A DNA stretch of 32,000 bases from an uncultured Eubacteriales bacterium (GCA_948443845.1 CAOJUE010000005.1:1-32000); one strand, 5' to 3'. Positions 1 to 7,209 are shown, numbered from the stretch's first letter. A program made the numbers and translations. The notes: generated by a model not told the origin, from the letters alone.

Positions 1-66
1 TTCTAATAAGTCATTTCTTCTATTTAAGCGTTTTAACTCATCTTTTAAATAATCTTTAATTTCCAT
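1..66 (-). CDS. 5' end of a hypothetical phage early gene (truncated by the window edge)
   Basis: ATG at 64..66 (minus), preceded by AGGAGG with 7-nt spacing; reads MEIKDYLKDELKRLNRRNDLLE... to the window edge. Confidence 0.35.
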   Translation of the reverse strand, partial: MEIKDYLKDELKRLNRRNDLLE

Positions 67-81
67 TTTCTTTCCTCCTTT

Positions 82-216
82 CTATAAACCTAAAATTTGA
101 TATATTTGTCCCAACAAAAATGTGGGTAATATCCCTGTTATTAAACTAAGTAATAATAAAATTCCTAATGTATATACTATAAATCTAGTTGTCTTCTGTA
201 CTTTGGTTAATTTCAT
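82..216 (-). CDS. 44-aa small hydrophobic peptide (below the ORF-track cutoff)
   Basis: My translation: MKLTKVQKTTRFIVYTLGILLLLSLITGILPTFLLGQIYQILGL. GAGGAG lies upstream; tightly packed in the leftward operon. Confidence 0.35.
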   Translation of the reverse strand: MKLTKVQKTTRFIVYTLGILLLLSLITGILPTFLLGQIYQILGL

Positions 217-219
217 TTT

Positions 220-492
220 CTAATTACTCCTCTCAAGTATTATATTTTCTAACAGTTTAAGTTTTGTTTCTGCTTTAATTCGCAAGTCATGCTCTTTTTC
301 AAAAACTTCTCGACTCACCGCATCATTATCATAAACTTTGACCTTCCAATAGCCATCTTTTGTCTTTTCGCCCTCAATTTTTCCAGCTGCAATAAACTGC
401 TTTACTTTCTCGACTCCCAGTCCAGTTTGCTTCGCATATTCGTTTGCTGAAATCCATTTATGATTTATTTGAATATCTTGCATTTTATTCAC
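220..492 (-). CDS. Excisionase/HTH_17-type small DNA-binding protein
   Basis: ISANEYAKQTGLGVEKVKQFIAAGKIEGEKTKDGYWKV resembles the excisionase-family HTH followed by the 'g..w.i' wing; sits in the phage early operon. Confidence 0.55.
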   Translation of the reverse strand: MNKMQDIQINHKWISANEYAKQTGLGVEKVKQFIAAGKIEGEKTKDGYWKVKVYDNDAVSREVFEKEHDLRIKAETKLKLLENIILERSN

Positions 493-549
493 TCTCCTTT
501 ACTTAAAATTAATTCAACCTATAAAATAATTCCTGATACTGTGCATCTT

Positions 550-918
550 TTAGAATAGTGTTAGTCCAAGTTCTTTATCTTTTGGCATTTGATAAGCGTT
601 TTTTTGTTCTCCAACGGCTTGTATCAATTCCGCTAGGGCTTTTTTTGATTTTTCTAATGTGGTATAAGTGCCGAAACATCTATTGCTTTCTACATTAATA
701 ATTTCATACACTGTTCTAGTCATATCCTTTCCCATAAGCTCACCTATTCCTTTTAGTTCTTTTAAAGTAATGTTACTACTGTCACGCCTTTGTGTAATCT
801 TATTGAACTTCCCCATTATGTCTTTGGGTATAACTTCATTTTTACAAGTTTCTCTAGCAACTATACTAAACTCTAGGCTTTGTGTAGTTTTATTTTTTAA
901 TTGGCTTATTATTAACAT
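550..918 (-). CDS. Hypothetical phage protein (122 aa)
   Basis: Long ORF with AGGAGG 7 nt upstream; 7-nt overlap with the upstream gene; no motif recognised. Confidence 0.6.
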   Translation of the reverse strand: MLIISQLKNKTTQSLEFSIVARETCKNEVIPKDIMGKFNKITQRRDSSNITLKELKGIGELMGKDMTRTVYEIINVESNRCFGTYTTLEKSKKALAELIQAVGEQKNAYQMPKDKELGLTLF

Positions 919-1286
919 TCCTCCCCCTCCTTTACTTGTATTTTTGACTTGTTCAATTGCTTAATTAAGTAATTTACCTCTTGAACGCTTAATCCGTTTG
1001 CCAATTTTATAATTTGTTGTAATCGGCTTTTACTTCTCTCTGTTATTTCGCAATCATTCAGATAACCGCAAATAGACATCAGTTCTTCGTAAGTAGTAAT
1101 ACCATTGGAATTTTCTGCTATTTTTTTTAAATATTCTGGAGCTGGTGGATTTTTTGTATTTTCGTCATAAATTTTTGTGATATATGATGAACTTAATTCT
1201 AAAGCTTCTGCCATTTTATTTTGAGAACCAAATGAAGCTTTTAATTTATCTAATATGTTCAAAAATTTTTGCTTATCATAATTCAT
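912..1286 (-). CDS. HTH-containing phage regulator-like protein (124 aa from MNYDKQ)
   Basis: QNKMAEALELSSSYITKI is HTH-like. I prefer the ATG at 1284..1286 (AGGAG 8 nt upstream) over the track start at 1361, which overlaps the cro-like gene. Confidence 0.55.
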   Translation of the reverse strand: MNYDKQKFLNILDKLKASFGSQNKMAEALELSSSYITKIYDENTKNPPAPEYLKKIAENSNGITTYEELMSICGYLNDCEITERSKSRLQQIIKLANGLSVQEVNYLIKQLNKSKIQVKEGEEC

Positions 1287-1312
1287 TAAATCAACTCCTA
1301 ACGCAATATGTT

Positions 1313-1519
1313 TTAACATTTTGTTAATTGTAAGGCTAAAAAAATATCTGTTATTTCGCAACCGTATAGCTTAGATAATTTCTTTTTCATTTCATCGCTT
1401 GCATTTCTTTTTCCATTCTCAAGCATAGAAATATAAGTTATCGTTGTATCTGTTAGCTTTGCAACCTGTTTCTGCGTTAGCCCCTTTGCTTCTCTAAGTT
1501 GTTTCATTGTTTTTTTCAT
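1313..1519 (-). CDS. Cro-like XRE-family transcriptional regulator
   Basis: MKQLREAKGLTQKQVAKLTDTTITYISMLENGKR is a canonical XRE HTH; 68 aa; divergent from the cI-like gene. Confidence 0.85.
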   Translation of the reverse strand: MKKTMKQLREAKGLTQKQVAKLTDTTITYISMLENGKRNASDEMKKKLSKLYGCEITDIFLALQLTKC

Positions 1520-1536
1520 TCTTTCGCCTCCTAAAT

Positions 1537-1686
1537 TAACATTTTGTTATTTAACTCAACATTATTATAACTAACTATTTGTTACTTGTCAATAGTTTTT
1601 TTTAAATTTTTTAACAAACCGTTATACCCCTTGCAACTGTAAGAAAAAAATTTAAAAAAAGTCTTTACATATTTAACAAAAAGTTA
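1537..1686. promoter_or_regulatory. Four operator-like 13-bp palindromes TAAC-N5-GTTA (1537..1549, 1572..1584, 1612..1624, 1674..1686)
   Basis: Read directly: TAACATTTTGTTA, TAACTATTTGTTA, TAACAAACCGTTA, TAACAAAAAGTTA. All lie in the 209-bp divergent intergenic region. Confidence 0.7.
1564..1592 (-). promoter_or_regulatory. Leftward (cro-side) sigma-A-type promoter, TTGACA-17-TATAAT
   Basis: Minus strand: TTGACA (1587..1592), 17-nt spacer containing operator 1572..1584, TATAAT (1564..1569). Confidence 0.65.
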
Positions 1687-1692
1687 TATAAT
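1664..1692 (+). promoter_or_regulatory. Rightward (cI-side) promoter, TTTACA-17-TATAAT
   Basis: TTTACA 1664..1669 and TATAAT 1687..1692; the spacer contains operator 1674..1686. Confidence 0.6.
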
Positions 1693-1728
1693 ATTAAAGA
1701 ACACATTAATATTATTGGAGATGTTGTT

Positions 1729-2055
1729 ATGAATAGATTAAAACAATTAAGAGAAGAACGAGGTTTGCTACAAAACGATTTGTCAAAACTTTTAGGTGTT
1801 TCAATTCCTGCTATAGGATACTATGAAAACGAAAAGCGTGATATTAGTACAGATATACTAAAAAGATTAGCTGAATATTTTGATGTAAGTATCGATTATC
1901 TATTAGGCAAATCTGACATACGCAATCCTGAGAAATTAAAAAATATACAATTTGCAAATGCCGGTGGGCTTGATGTTAATGGATTGGATGAAGAAGATTT
2001 GTTAGAACTACAAAAGCAAGTTGACTATATAAAGAAATTAAAAGGAAAAAAATAA
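1729..2055 (+). CDS. cI-like XRE-family repressor
   Basis: MNRLKQLREERGLLQNDLSKLLGVSIPAIGYYENEKRDIS is an XRE HTH plus a C-terminal extension; followed by an ImmA-like gene. Confidence 0.85.
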   Translation: MNRLKQLREERGLLQNDLSKLLGVSIPAIGYYENEKRDISTDILKRLAEYFDVSIDYLLGKSDIRNPEKLKNIQFANAGGLDVNGLDEEDLLELQKQVDYIKKLKGKK

Positions 2056-2133
2056 TAAATTTGTTAAAATACAAGATTTTTTTACTCTATATCTTTATGT
2101 TTGTAAAAATGTTGTAATAAAGGGAAAAGATAA

Positions 2134-2532
2134 ATGGAATTAGTTGATTTAGAAAAATTAGCAAAAACAGAAAACATTGACGTGATAAATTACAGAATGC
2201 ATAAAACTAAAGCAAGAATTATAAACCATTCAAGTGTATCTATTCTTATAGATTATAAGCAAATTAATACTTATACCGAAGAAAAGTGTTTACTTGCAGA
2301 AGAACTTGGACACTATTATCACGACTCGTACTACACGGTCAATTCTTCTCAAATTGATGTGGACAGAGCCGAGTATCGAGCAAATAAATGGAAATGTTTA
2401 GTATGTGTAACAAAACAATCACTTATTAATTGTTTTAAAAAGGGACTCTCGAATTGCTTTGAAATTGCTGAGCAACTACAAGTCGAACCCGACATGGTGC
2501 GTTTTGCATATGACTATTACTTTGTAAAATAG
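2134..2532 (+). CDS. ImmA/IrrE-like (M78-type) protein with a degenerate metal motif
   Basis: Size, position after the cI-like gene, and LLAEELGHYYHD where ImmA proteins carry HEXXH (here EELGH). Confidence 0.55.
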   Translation: MELVDLEKLAKTENIDVINYRMHKTKARIINHSSVSILIDYKQINTYTEEKCLLAEELGHYYHDSYYTVNSSQIDVDRAEYRANKWKCLVCVTKQSLINCFKKGLSNCFEIAEQLQVEPDMVRFAYDYYFVK

Positions 2533-2604
2533 ACATAGAATAAAGGTATTAATGTAAGTTTTAACTTATTAATATAAATATAATATTAAAAGGAGAATTT
2601 AGAT

Positions 2605-3663
2605 ATGGAATTTGAAGAAAAAATGAAAGAATTTGTAGAAAGAATTAAAAAATTACAAAATTCAATTAACACAGAAGAAGCAACAAAAACATCTTTGATT
2701 ATGCCATTTTTTAGTTTGCTAGGATACGATGTATTTAATCCAAACGAGTTTACCCCCGAATATACCGCAGACGTTGGAATAAAAAAAGGTGAAAAAGTTG
2801 ATTATGCTATAACTCTTAATAATGTAGTAACAATTTTAATTGAAGCAAAATCAGTTAACGAAAATCTGCAAAAACATGACTCTCAATTATTTAGATACTT
2901 CGGCACTACTACTGCTAAACTTGCGATTTTAACAAATGGAATAATCTATAAATTCTATACTGATTTAGAAGAAACAAATAAAATGGATTCTACTCCTTTT
3001 TTAGAAATTAATTTACTTGATTTAAAAGAAACAGACATAAATGAAATTAAAAAATTTTGTAAAGAAAATTTTGATATTAATACGGTTATTAACGCAGCAT
3101 CTAATTTAAAATATGAAAGTTCTATAAAAAAGATACTAACAGAAGAATTTTCTAATCCTAGCGACGACTTTATCAAATTGATTTTAAATAGAGGAATTTA
3201 TGATGGTGTAAAAACTCAAAATGTAATTGATAAATATAAACCCATCGTAAAAAAATCTATTACGCATCATATAAACTCATTAATTAATCAAAGATTACAA
3301 AATGCATTAAATACATCTTCTTCTGACAACACCGATGAGACAATAGAAGAAAACGAAACTGACGATGGAATAATAACCACAGCTGAAGAATTAGAAAGTT
3401 ATTATATTGTAAAATCGATTTTATCCGAATTTATAGAACCTGACACTCTATATTATAAAGACACTGCTAGTTATTTTGGGATATTATATGAAAATAAAGT
3501 TACAAAATGGATTTGTAGAATATTTTTAAAGGAAAATGTATCATTTATAATAATTCCTGATGAAAATAAACTGGAAATTAGATATGAGATTTCTTCTATT
3601 ACAGATATATATAAATTAAAGGATAAATTAATTACAAGATTAAATTCATTTTTAGATAAATAA
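2605..3663 (+). CDS. HsdR_N-type PD-(D/E)XK nuclease-fold protein with an uncharacterised C-terminal domain
   Basis: EEATKTSLIMPFFSLLGYDV...EYTADVG...KVDYAI...ILIEAKS...QLFRY gives E52/D66/E80-x-K82; acidic linker SSSDNTDETIEENETDDG; then about 100 aa unassigned. Confidence 0.65.
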   Translation: MEFEEKMKEFVERIKKLQNSINTEEATKTSLIMPFFSLLGYDVFNPNEFTPEYTADVGIKKGEKVDYAITLNNVVTILIEAKSVNENLQKHDSQLFRYFGTTTAKLAILTNGIIYKFYTDLEETNKMDSTPFLEINLLDLKETDINEIKKFCKENFDINTVINAASNLKYESSIKKILTEEFSNPSDDFIKLILNRGIYDGVKTQNVIDKYKPIVKKSITHHINSLINQRLQNALNTSSSDNTDETIEENETDDGIITTAEELESYYIVKSILSEFIEPDTLYYKDTASYFGILYENKVTKWICRIFLKENVSFIIIPDENKLEIRYEISSITDIYKLKDKLITRLNSFLDK

Positions 3664-3668
3664 AAAAT

Positions 3669-3706
3669 AGATAACATACTCCCCGACCAAAGCTTGTATG
3701 TTATCT
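3669..3706 (+). other. Perfect 11-bp stem hairpin after the nuclease gene (no U-tract)
   Basis: AGATAACATAC (3669..3679) pairs with GTATGTTATCT (3696..3706); 16-nt loop; followed by AAAACC. Confidence 0.4.
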
Positions 3707-3849
3707 AAAACCATTCTACTTGTTTAAAGCAGTCTTATGTTATATTAATTATAACATTTAAAAACAACAAAATTTCAAATCGTAGGAAAAGCAATCGGAC
3801 AATTTGGAAAATTTTAAAAGAAGAAATAAAAAAAGGAGAAATAAAATAC

Positions 3850-4896
3850 ATGGAAAAGAAAGAACTAATTAAAAGTCAAATTGACAGACAAAATATACTA
3901 AATAATGAATATGCCATTGAAGAAATAATGAACGCTTTTGACTTTGACAATATTTCATTTGAAGGAAAAATCCGTTTTTTAAAGGAAGATATTGCTAAAT
4001 TTTTTGAAGTTGATGCTAGAACAATTGAGAGATATATTGAAAGGTATAATGATGAATTGACTAATAATGGCTATGAGATCTTAAGAGGTCAAAGATTAAA
4101 GGATTTTATTTTTCTTTATAATCAGTTTGTCACTGAGGTCGCCGACATTGGTGTCGGTGACCTTCCAAAAACAATCCCTTCTCTTGGAATTTTTGACTTT
4201 AGGTCTTTCATAGATTTAGCAATGCTTTTTTCAGATAATGAGAGAGCTAAGATTGTAAGACAAATTATTTTAGATATATCAATTGATACAATTAATAAGA
4301 AGGCTGGTGGCTCTACAAAATATATTAATCAACGTGACGAAGATTTCTTAAACTCTTGGTATACTTCTGAAAATTGTAGGAAAGAGTTTACCAATGCATT
4401 AAATAAATTTGTTAGTGGTGGCAAGTCAAAATATGCCATATATACAGATAAAATCTATAAAATTATTTTTAAAGAAAAATCTCAAGAATATCGACAAATA
4501 TTAAAATTAGAAATGAAAGATAAAACTAGAGATACTATGTATTCAGAAGTACTTGACTTAATTGCGGGATTTGAATTAGGATTAGCAAAAGAAATTGAAG
4601 CATCTTATCACGATAAAGATGATAAGCCTTTGAGTTTTTATGAACTAGATCAACTTATTAATAAATTGAAAAATAATTACTTCTTTACTCCTTTAATTGA
4701 AAAGGCTCGAAAAAAAATGGCAAGTCGTGACTACCAATTTAGAGATGCTTATCACCCCGAGCTTTCAGAATATATTTCAACTTTACCAGCCGATGACTAT
4801 GAAAGATTCTTAGGAGAAAAAAGTAAGGAATTATTAGAAAGAATTTCGGAAAATCAAGATGTATTAAAGCGTTTAAAAGAAGAAGGTGAAGAATAA
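3850..4896 (+). CDS. 348-aa HTH-containing protein, tentatively RhuM-like; putative partner/antitoxin of the downstream Doc
   Basis: DIAKFFEVDARTIERYIERY is an HTH; its stop overlaps the Doc start (TAATG). The RhuM resemblance is from memory of family patterns only. Confidence 0.5.
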   Translation: MEKKELIKSQIDRQNILNNEYAIEEIMNAFDFDNISFEGKIRFLKEDIAKFFEVDARTIERYIERYNDELTNNGYEILRGQRLKDFIFLYNQFVTEVADIGVGDLPKTIPSLGIFDFRSFIDLAMLFSDNERAKIVRQIILDISIDTINKKAGGSTKYINQRDEDFLNSWYTSENCRKEFTNALNKFVSGGKSKYAIYTDKIYKIIFKEKSQEYRQILKLEMKDKTRDTMYSEVLDLIAGFELGLAKEIEASYHDKDDKPLSFYELDQLINKLKNNYFFTPLIEKARKKMASRDYQFRDAYHPELSEYISTLPADDYERFLGEKSKELLERISENQDVLKRLKEEGEE

Positions 4897-5348
4897 TGTT
4901 ATATTATTTAAGCCTAGAAGAAGTCTTGAGGTTACATTCTAAAACAGTTGAAATTAGTGGTGGAGGTACTTCAGAAATCTTAAATTTAGGACAAATTGAA
5001 AGTATTTTAGAACACATAAAAAATGATGAGTACTACCCTTCTTTTATAGACAAACTAACTTACTTGTTTTTCGGATTTTGTCAATTTCATTGCTTTGCTG
5101 ATGGAAATAAAAGAGCTGCAATTGTTATGAGTGAAGCATTTTTATTATATAATGGTTATCTTTTTGCTTCAAAAATATTTATTAGAGAAAGCGAAAATAT
5201 TTCAATATTTGTGGCTGACAATCGCATAGATAGAGATTTTTTAAAGTGCATATTAACCTCTATTGTAAACGGTACATTTGATACTGATGAAGCTTTAAAA
5301 TTAGAATATCTTAACACATTAAAACAAAAAGATTTACTTTATATATAA
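4896..5348 (+). CDS. Doc (death-on-curing) / Fic-fold toxin
   Basis: FHCFADGNKRAA matches the Doc variant of the Fic motif, HxFx(D/N)(A/G)NKR; N-terminus LSLEEVLRLHSKTVEISGGG is typical of Doc. Confidence 0.85.
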   Translation: MLYYLSLEEVLRLHSKTVEISGGGTSEILNLGQIESILEHIKNDEYYPSFIDKLTYLFFGFCQFHCFADGNKRAAIVMSEAFLLYNGYLFASKIFIRESENISIFVADNRIDRDFLKCILTSIVNGTFDTDEALKLEYLNTLKQKDLLYI

Positions 5349-5503
5349 ACAAATAACCCACTCTCCATTCAAAGTTTGTGGATTATTTATATTGAATGGT
5401 GTCTAGAAAGACATTCTATTAATATTATACTAAAGAAAACTGCTGAAATATGCAGTTTATATTTTAAAGAAGAAAGCGAACAAATTTTTGAAGGAGATTT
5501 TTT

Positions 5504-5683
5504 ATGGCAAAAAAATATAATTGTGAAAAGAACGGTATCCCATATTTTAGAAAAACAAAAACAATTGGACATAAAGCAGATGGAACACCTGTCCGAAAGG
5601 AATTTTATGGAGACGGAGAAAAAGATTGCGATAAACAAATTGAAGAATACATGGACAAAATAAAAAATCGGCTTAAATGTTGA
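5504..5683 (+). pseudogene. N-terminal (arm-binding type) fragment of the tyrosine integrase, out of frame with the catalytic part
   Basis: My translation: MAKKYNCEKNGIPYFRKTKTIGHKADGTPVRKEFYGDGEKDCDKQIEEYMDKIKNRLKC*. GGAG 8 nt upstream; 59 aa, so missing from the ORF track. Confidence 0.7.
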
Positions 5684-5711
5684 TATTGAAAAACTAACCG
5701 TTGAGCAAGGA

Positions 5712-6878
5712 ATGCGTCAATGGCTATTTGATGTTTTATTGCATTCTAAAAAACAAAAATCAGCTTCTTTTGAAAAGCACGAATGCAATTATAGAAATTA
5801 TATAAAAGACCGCAAAGTTGGCTGTATTCGTGTTCAAAATGCCGTCTCTCTTCCCTTTCAAAGATATTATAATGAATTATATAAAAATGGTATTACAATC
5901 TATGATAAAAATTCGCAAAAGAACAAACACATTAATGTTAGCAGTAATAAAATTGCAGACTTAAACAAAACACTACGCGCATTTTTCACGTATTGCATTA
6001 AAGAGCAATACACTCTAAGAAATCCTTGCTTGTTAAATAATATAGAAATTCCGGGCAATGCGGATGGTAATGAGGACGATGCAGAAGAAATGGAAGGCAG
6101 TAATATTCAAGCCTTTAATGACAAAGAATTGCAAACTATCATAAGTAATTTAAAATATGAATCCAAACAGGACAACACGTTTAAAGTCATGGTAATGTTA
6201 GACATCATAACTGGTCTAAGGTCTGGAGAATTACGAGGACTAAAAAAGAAATTTGTTCAAAAATATCTAGTTAAAGTACGAAATACATTAAAAAGGCTAA
6301 AAGTATTCGATGATGAAGAAAATTGGCACTATGAAACAAAACTTATAAAACCAAAATCAAATTCAAGCATTAGAGATGTAAACTTTCCAACTACATTCTT
6401 TTCTGTTTTAGAAAAGTATCTAAAAGAACAAGAAAAGAAATGGAAAAACAATGATTTAGAATTTAACGATGAATCACTTTTATTTACAACTAGAACTTGT
6501 TTGCCTATTGATGAAACAAACTTTTCACGTGCATGGAAGAGATTTCTTAAAAAAAATAAAATTGACTATAAAAAACCCCATTCTATACGAGATACATATG
6601 CAACTACACTTGTTAGAAAAGGAGCAAAGATACATGATGTCAAGGAAATGCTTGGCCACAGTAATATAACAATTACAGAAAAATATTACTTATATGTTTT
6701 CCCAGAAGACAAATCAAAAACTGCTGACCTATTAAATGATTTAATTAAGCCATCCAAAACTAAGTCGGGAAAAAGTCGGGAAATCAAAAATACTGTAAGA
6801 CTTTGTTTTTCAATAGTCTTACAGTATCAACAGTTTTGGTGTACTCAGCCAGAGTCGAACTGGCGACCTTCCGCTTAG
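5712..6878 (+). CDS. Tyrosine recombinase/phage integrase, core-binding plus catalytic part; the frame is open from 5664
   Basis: C-terminal HSIRDTYATTLVRKGAKIHDVKEMLGHSNITITEKYY (R, H-x-x-R-like, LGH, Y pattern). The ORF tail reads through the tRNA terminator and tRNA 3' end. Confidence 0.8.
   Translation: MRQWLFDVLLHSKKQKSASFEKHECNYRNYIKDRKVGCIRVQNAVSLPFQRYYNELYKNGITIYDKNSQKNKHINVSSNKIADLNKTLRAFFTYCIKEQYTLRNPCLLNNIEIPGNADGNEDDAEEMEGSNIQAFNDKELQTIISNLKYESKQDNTFKVMVMLDIITGLRSGELRGLKKKFVQKYLVKVRNTLKRLKVFDDEENWHYETKLIKPKSNSSIRDVNFPTTFFSVLEKYLKEQEKKWKNNDLEFNDESLLFTTRTCLPIDETNFSRAWKRFLKKNKIDYKKPHSIRDTYATTLVRKGAKIHDVKEMLGHSNITITEKYYLYVFPEDKSKTADLLNDLIKPSKTKSGKSREIKNTVRLCFSIVLQYQQFWCTQPESNWRPSA
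6781..6827 (-). terminator. Rho-independent terminator of tRNA-Arg
   Basis: Perfect 13-bp inverted repeat ATACTGTAAGACT (6790..6802) / AGTCTTACAGTAT (6815..6827); on the minus strand it is followed by TTTTTGATTT. Confidence 0.6.
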
Positions 6879-6913
6879 GAGGCGGACGCTCTATCCTACT
6901 GAGCTATGAATAC
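6837..6913 (-). tRNA. tRNA-Arg (anticodon CCT), 77 nt with encoded CCA
   Basis: Hand-folded cloverleaf: GTATTCA-TA-GCTC-AGTAGGATA-GAGC-G-TCCGC-CTCCTAA-GCGGA-AGGTC-GCCAG-TTCGACT-CTGGC-TGAGTAC-A-CCA. Confidence 0.9.
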
Positions 6914-6918
6914 ATTTC

Positions 6919-6948
6919 ATGGCACAACATTTGTGCCATTTTTATTTT
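6919..6948 (+). terminator. Hairpin plus T-run; would stop plus-strand read-through from int. Lies between the DUF1858 gene and the tRNA
   Basis: ATGGCACAA (6919..6927) pairs with TTGTGCCAT (6931..6939), followed by TTTTATTTT. Confidence 0.45.
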
Positions 6949-7129
6949 AGGCATTTAACTTTTCAACAAGTTCTTCCACATCAATTCCATGAACCGCACA
7001 TGCTTCTTCCAACGTTTCTGCTTGCGAAGCCGGACAACCCAAACAATGCATTCCCGCTTCCAATAAAATATCTGCTTTATCTGGAAACTGCTCTAATAAA
7101 TCACCTATTTTTGTTGTTTTTTCAATCAT
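6947..7129 (-). CDS. DUF1858 / hybrid-cluster-protein-associated redox disulfide domain protein
   Basis: IGDLLEQFPDKADILLEAGMHCLGCPASQAETLEEACAVHGIDVEELVEKLN, including the characteristic GMHCLGCP motif. Confidence 0.85.
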   Translation of the reverse strand: MIEKTTKIGDLLEQFPDKADILLEAGMHCLGCPASQAETLEEACAVHGIDVEELVEKLNA

Positions 7130-7209
7130 AATTTACCTCCCTATTTTATCTTTTTACATCTTTCAAAAAGTATTCTTTAAAAATTTTACCACAAATTTTC
7201 AAAAAAGTA

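Larger units (their letters stand above)
1..6836. mobile_element. Lysogeny/integration end of a temperate-phage-like integrative element inserted at the 3' end of tRNA-Arg(CCT); continues leftwards out of the window
   Basis: Order is early genes <- cro-like | cI-like -> ImmA-like -> cargo -> tyrosine integrase, which directly abuts the tRNA 3' end at 6837. Confidence 0.75.

Noticed and set aside
668-964. 98-aa plus-strand ORF
   Set aside because: It is antisense to two tightly packed minus-strand phage genes and has no RBS.
2955-3677. Minus-strand ORFs 2955..3176 and 3471..3677
   Set aside because: They are antisense to the 352-aa nuclease-fold gene and have AT-rich antisense composition.
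5376-5663. 95-aa plus-strand ORF and the 83-aa minus-strand ORF (5387..5638) upstream of the integrase
   Set aside because: The region is better explained by the 59-aa integrase N-terminal fragment in another frame (5504..5683), which has a real RBS and integrase-like sequence. The 95-aa ORF starts at a TTG inside a terminator-like region.
6919-7131. 70-aa plus-strand ORF
   Set aside because: It is antisense to the DUF1858 gene, which has an unmistakable GMHCLGCP motif.
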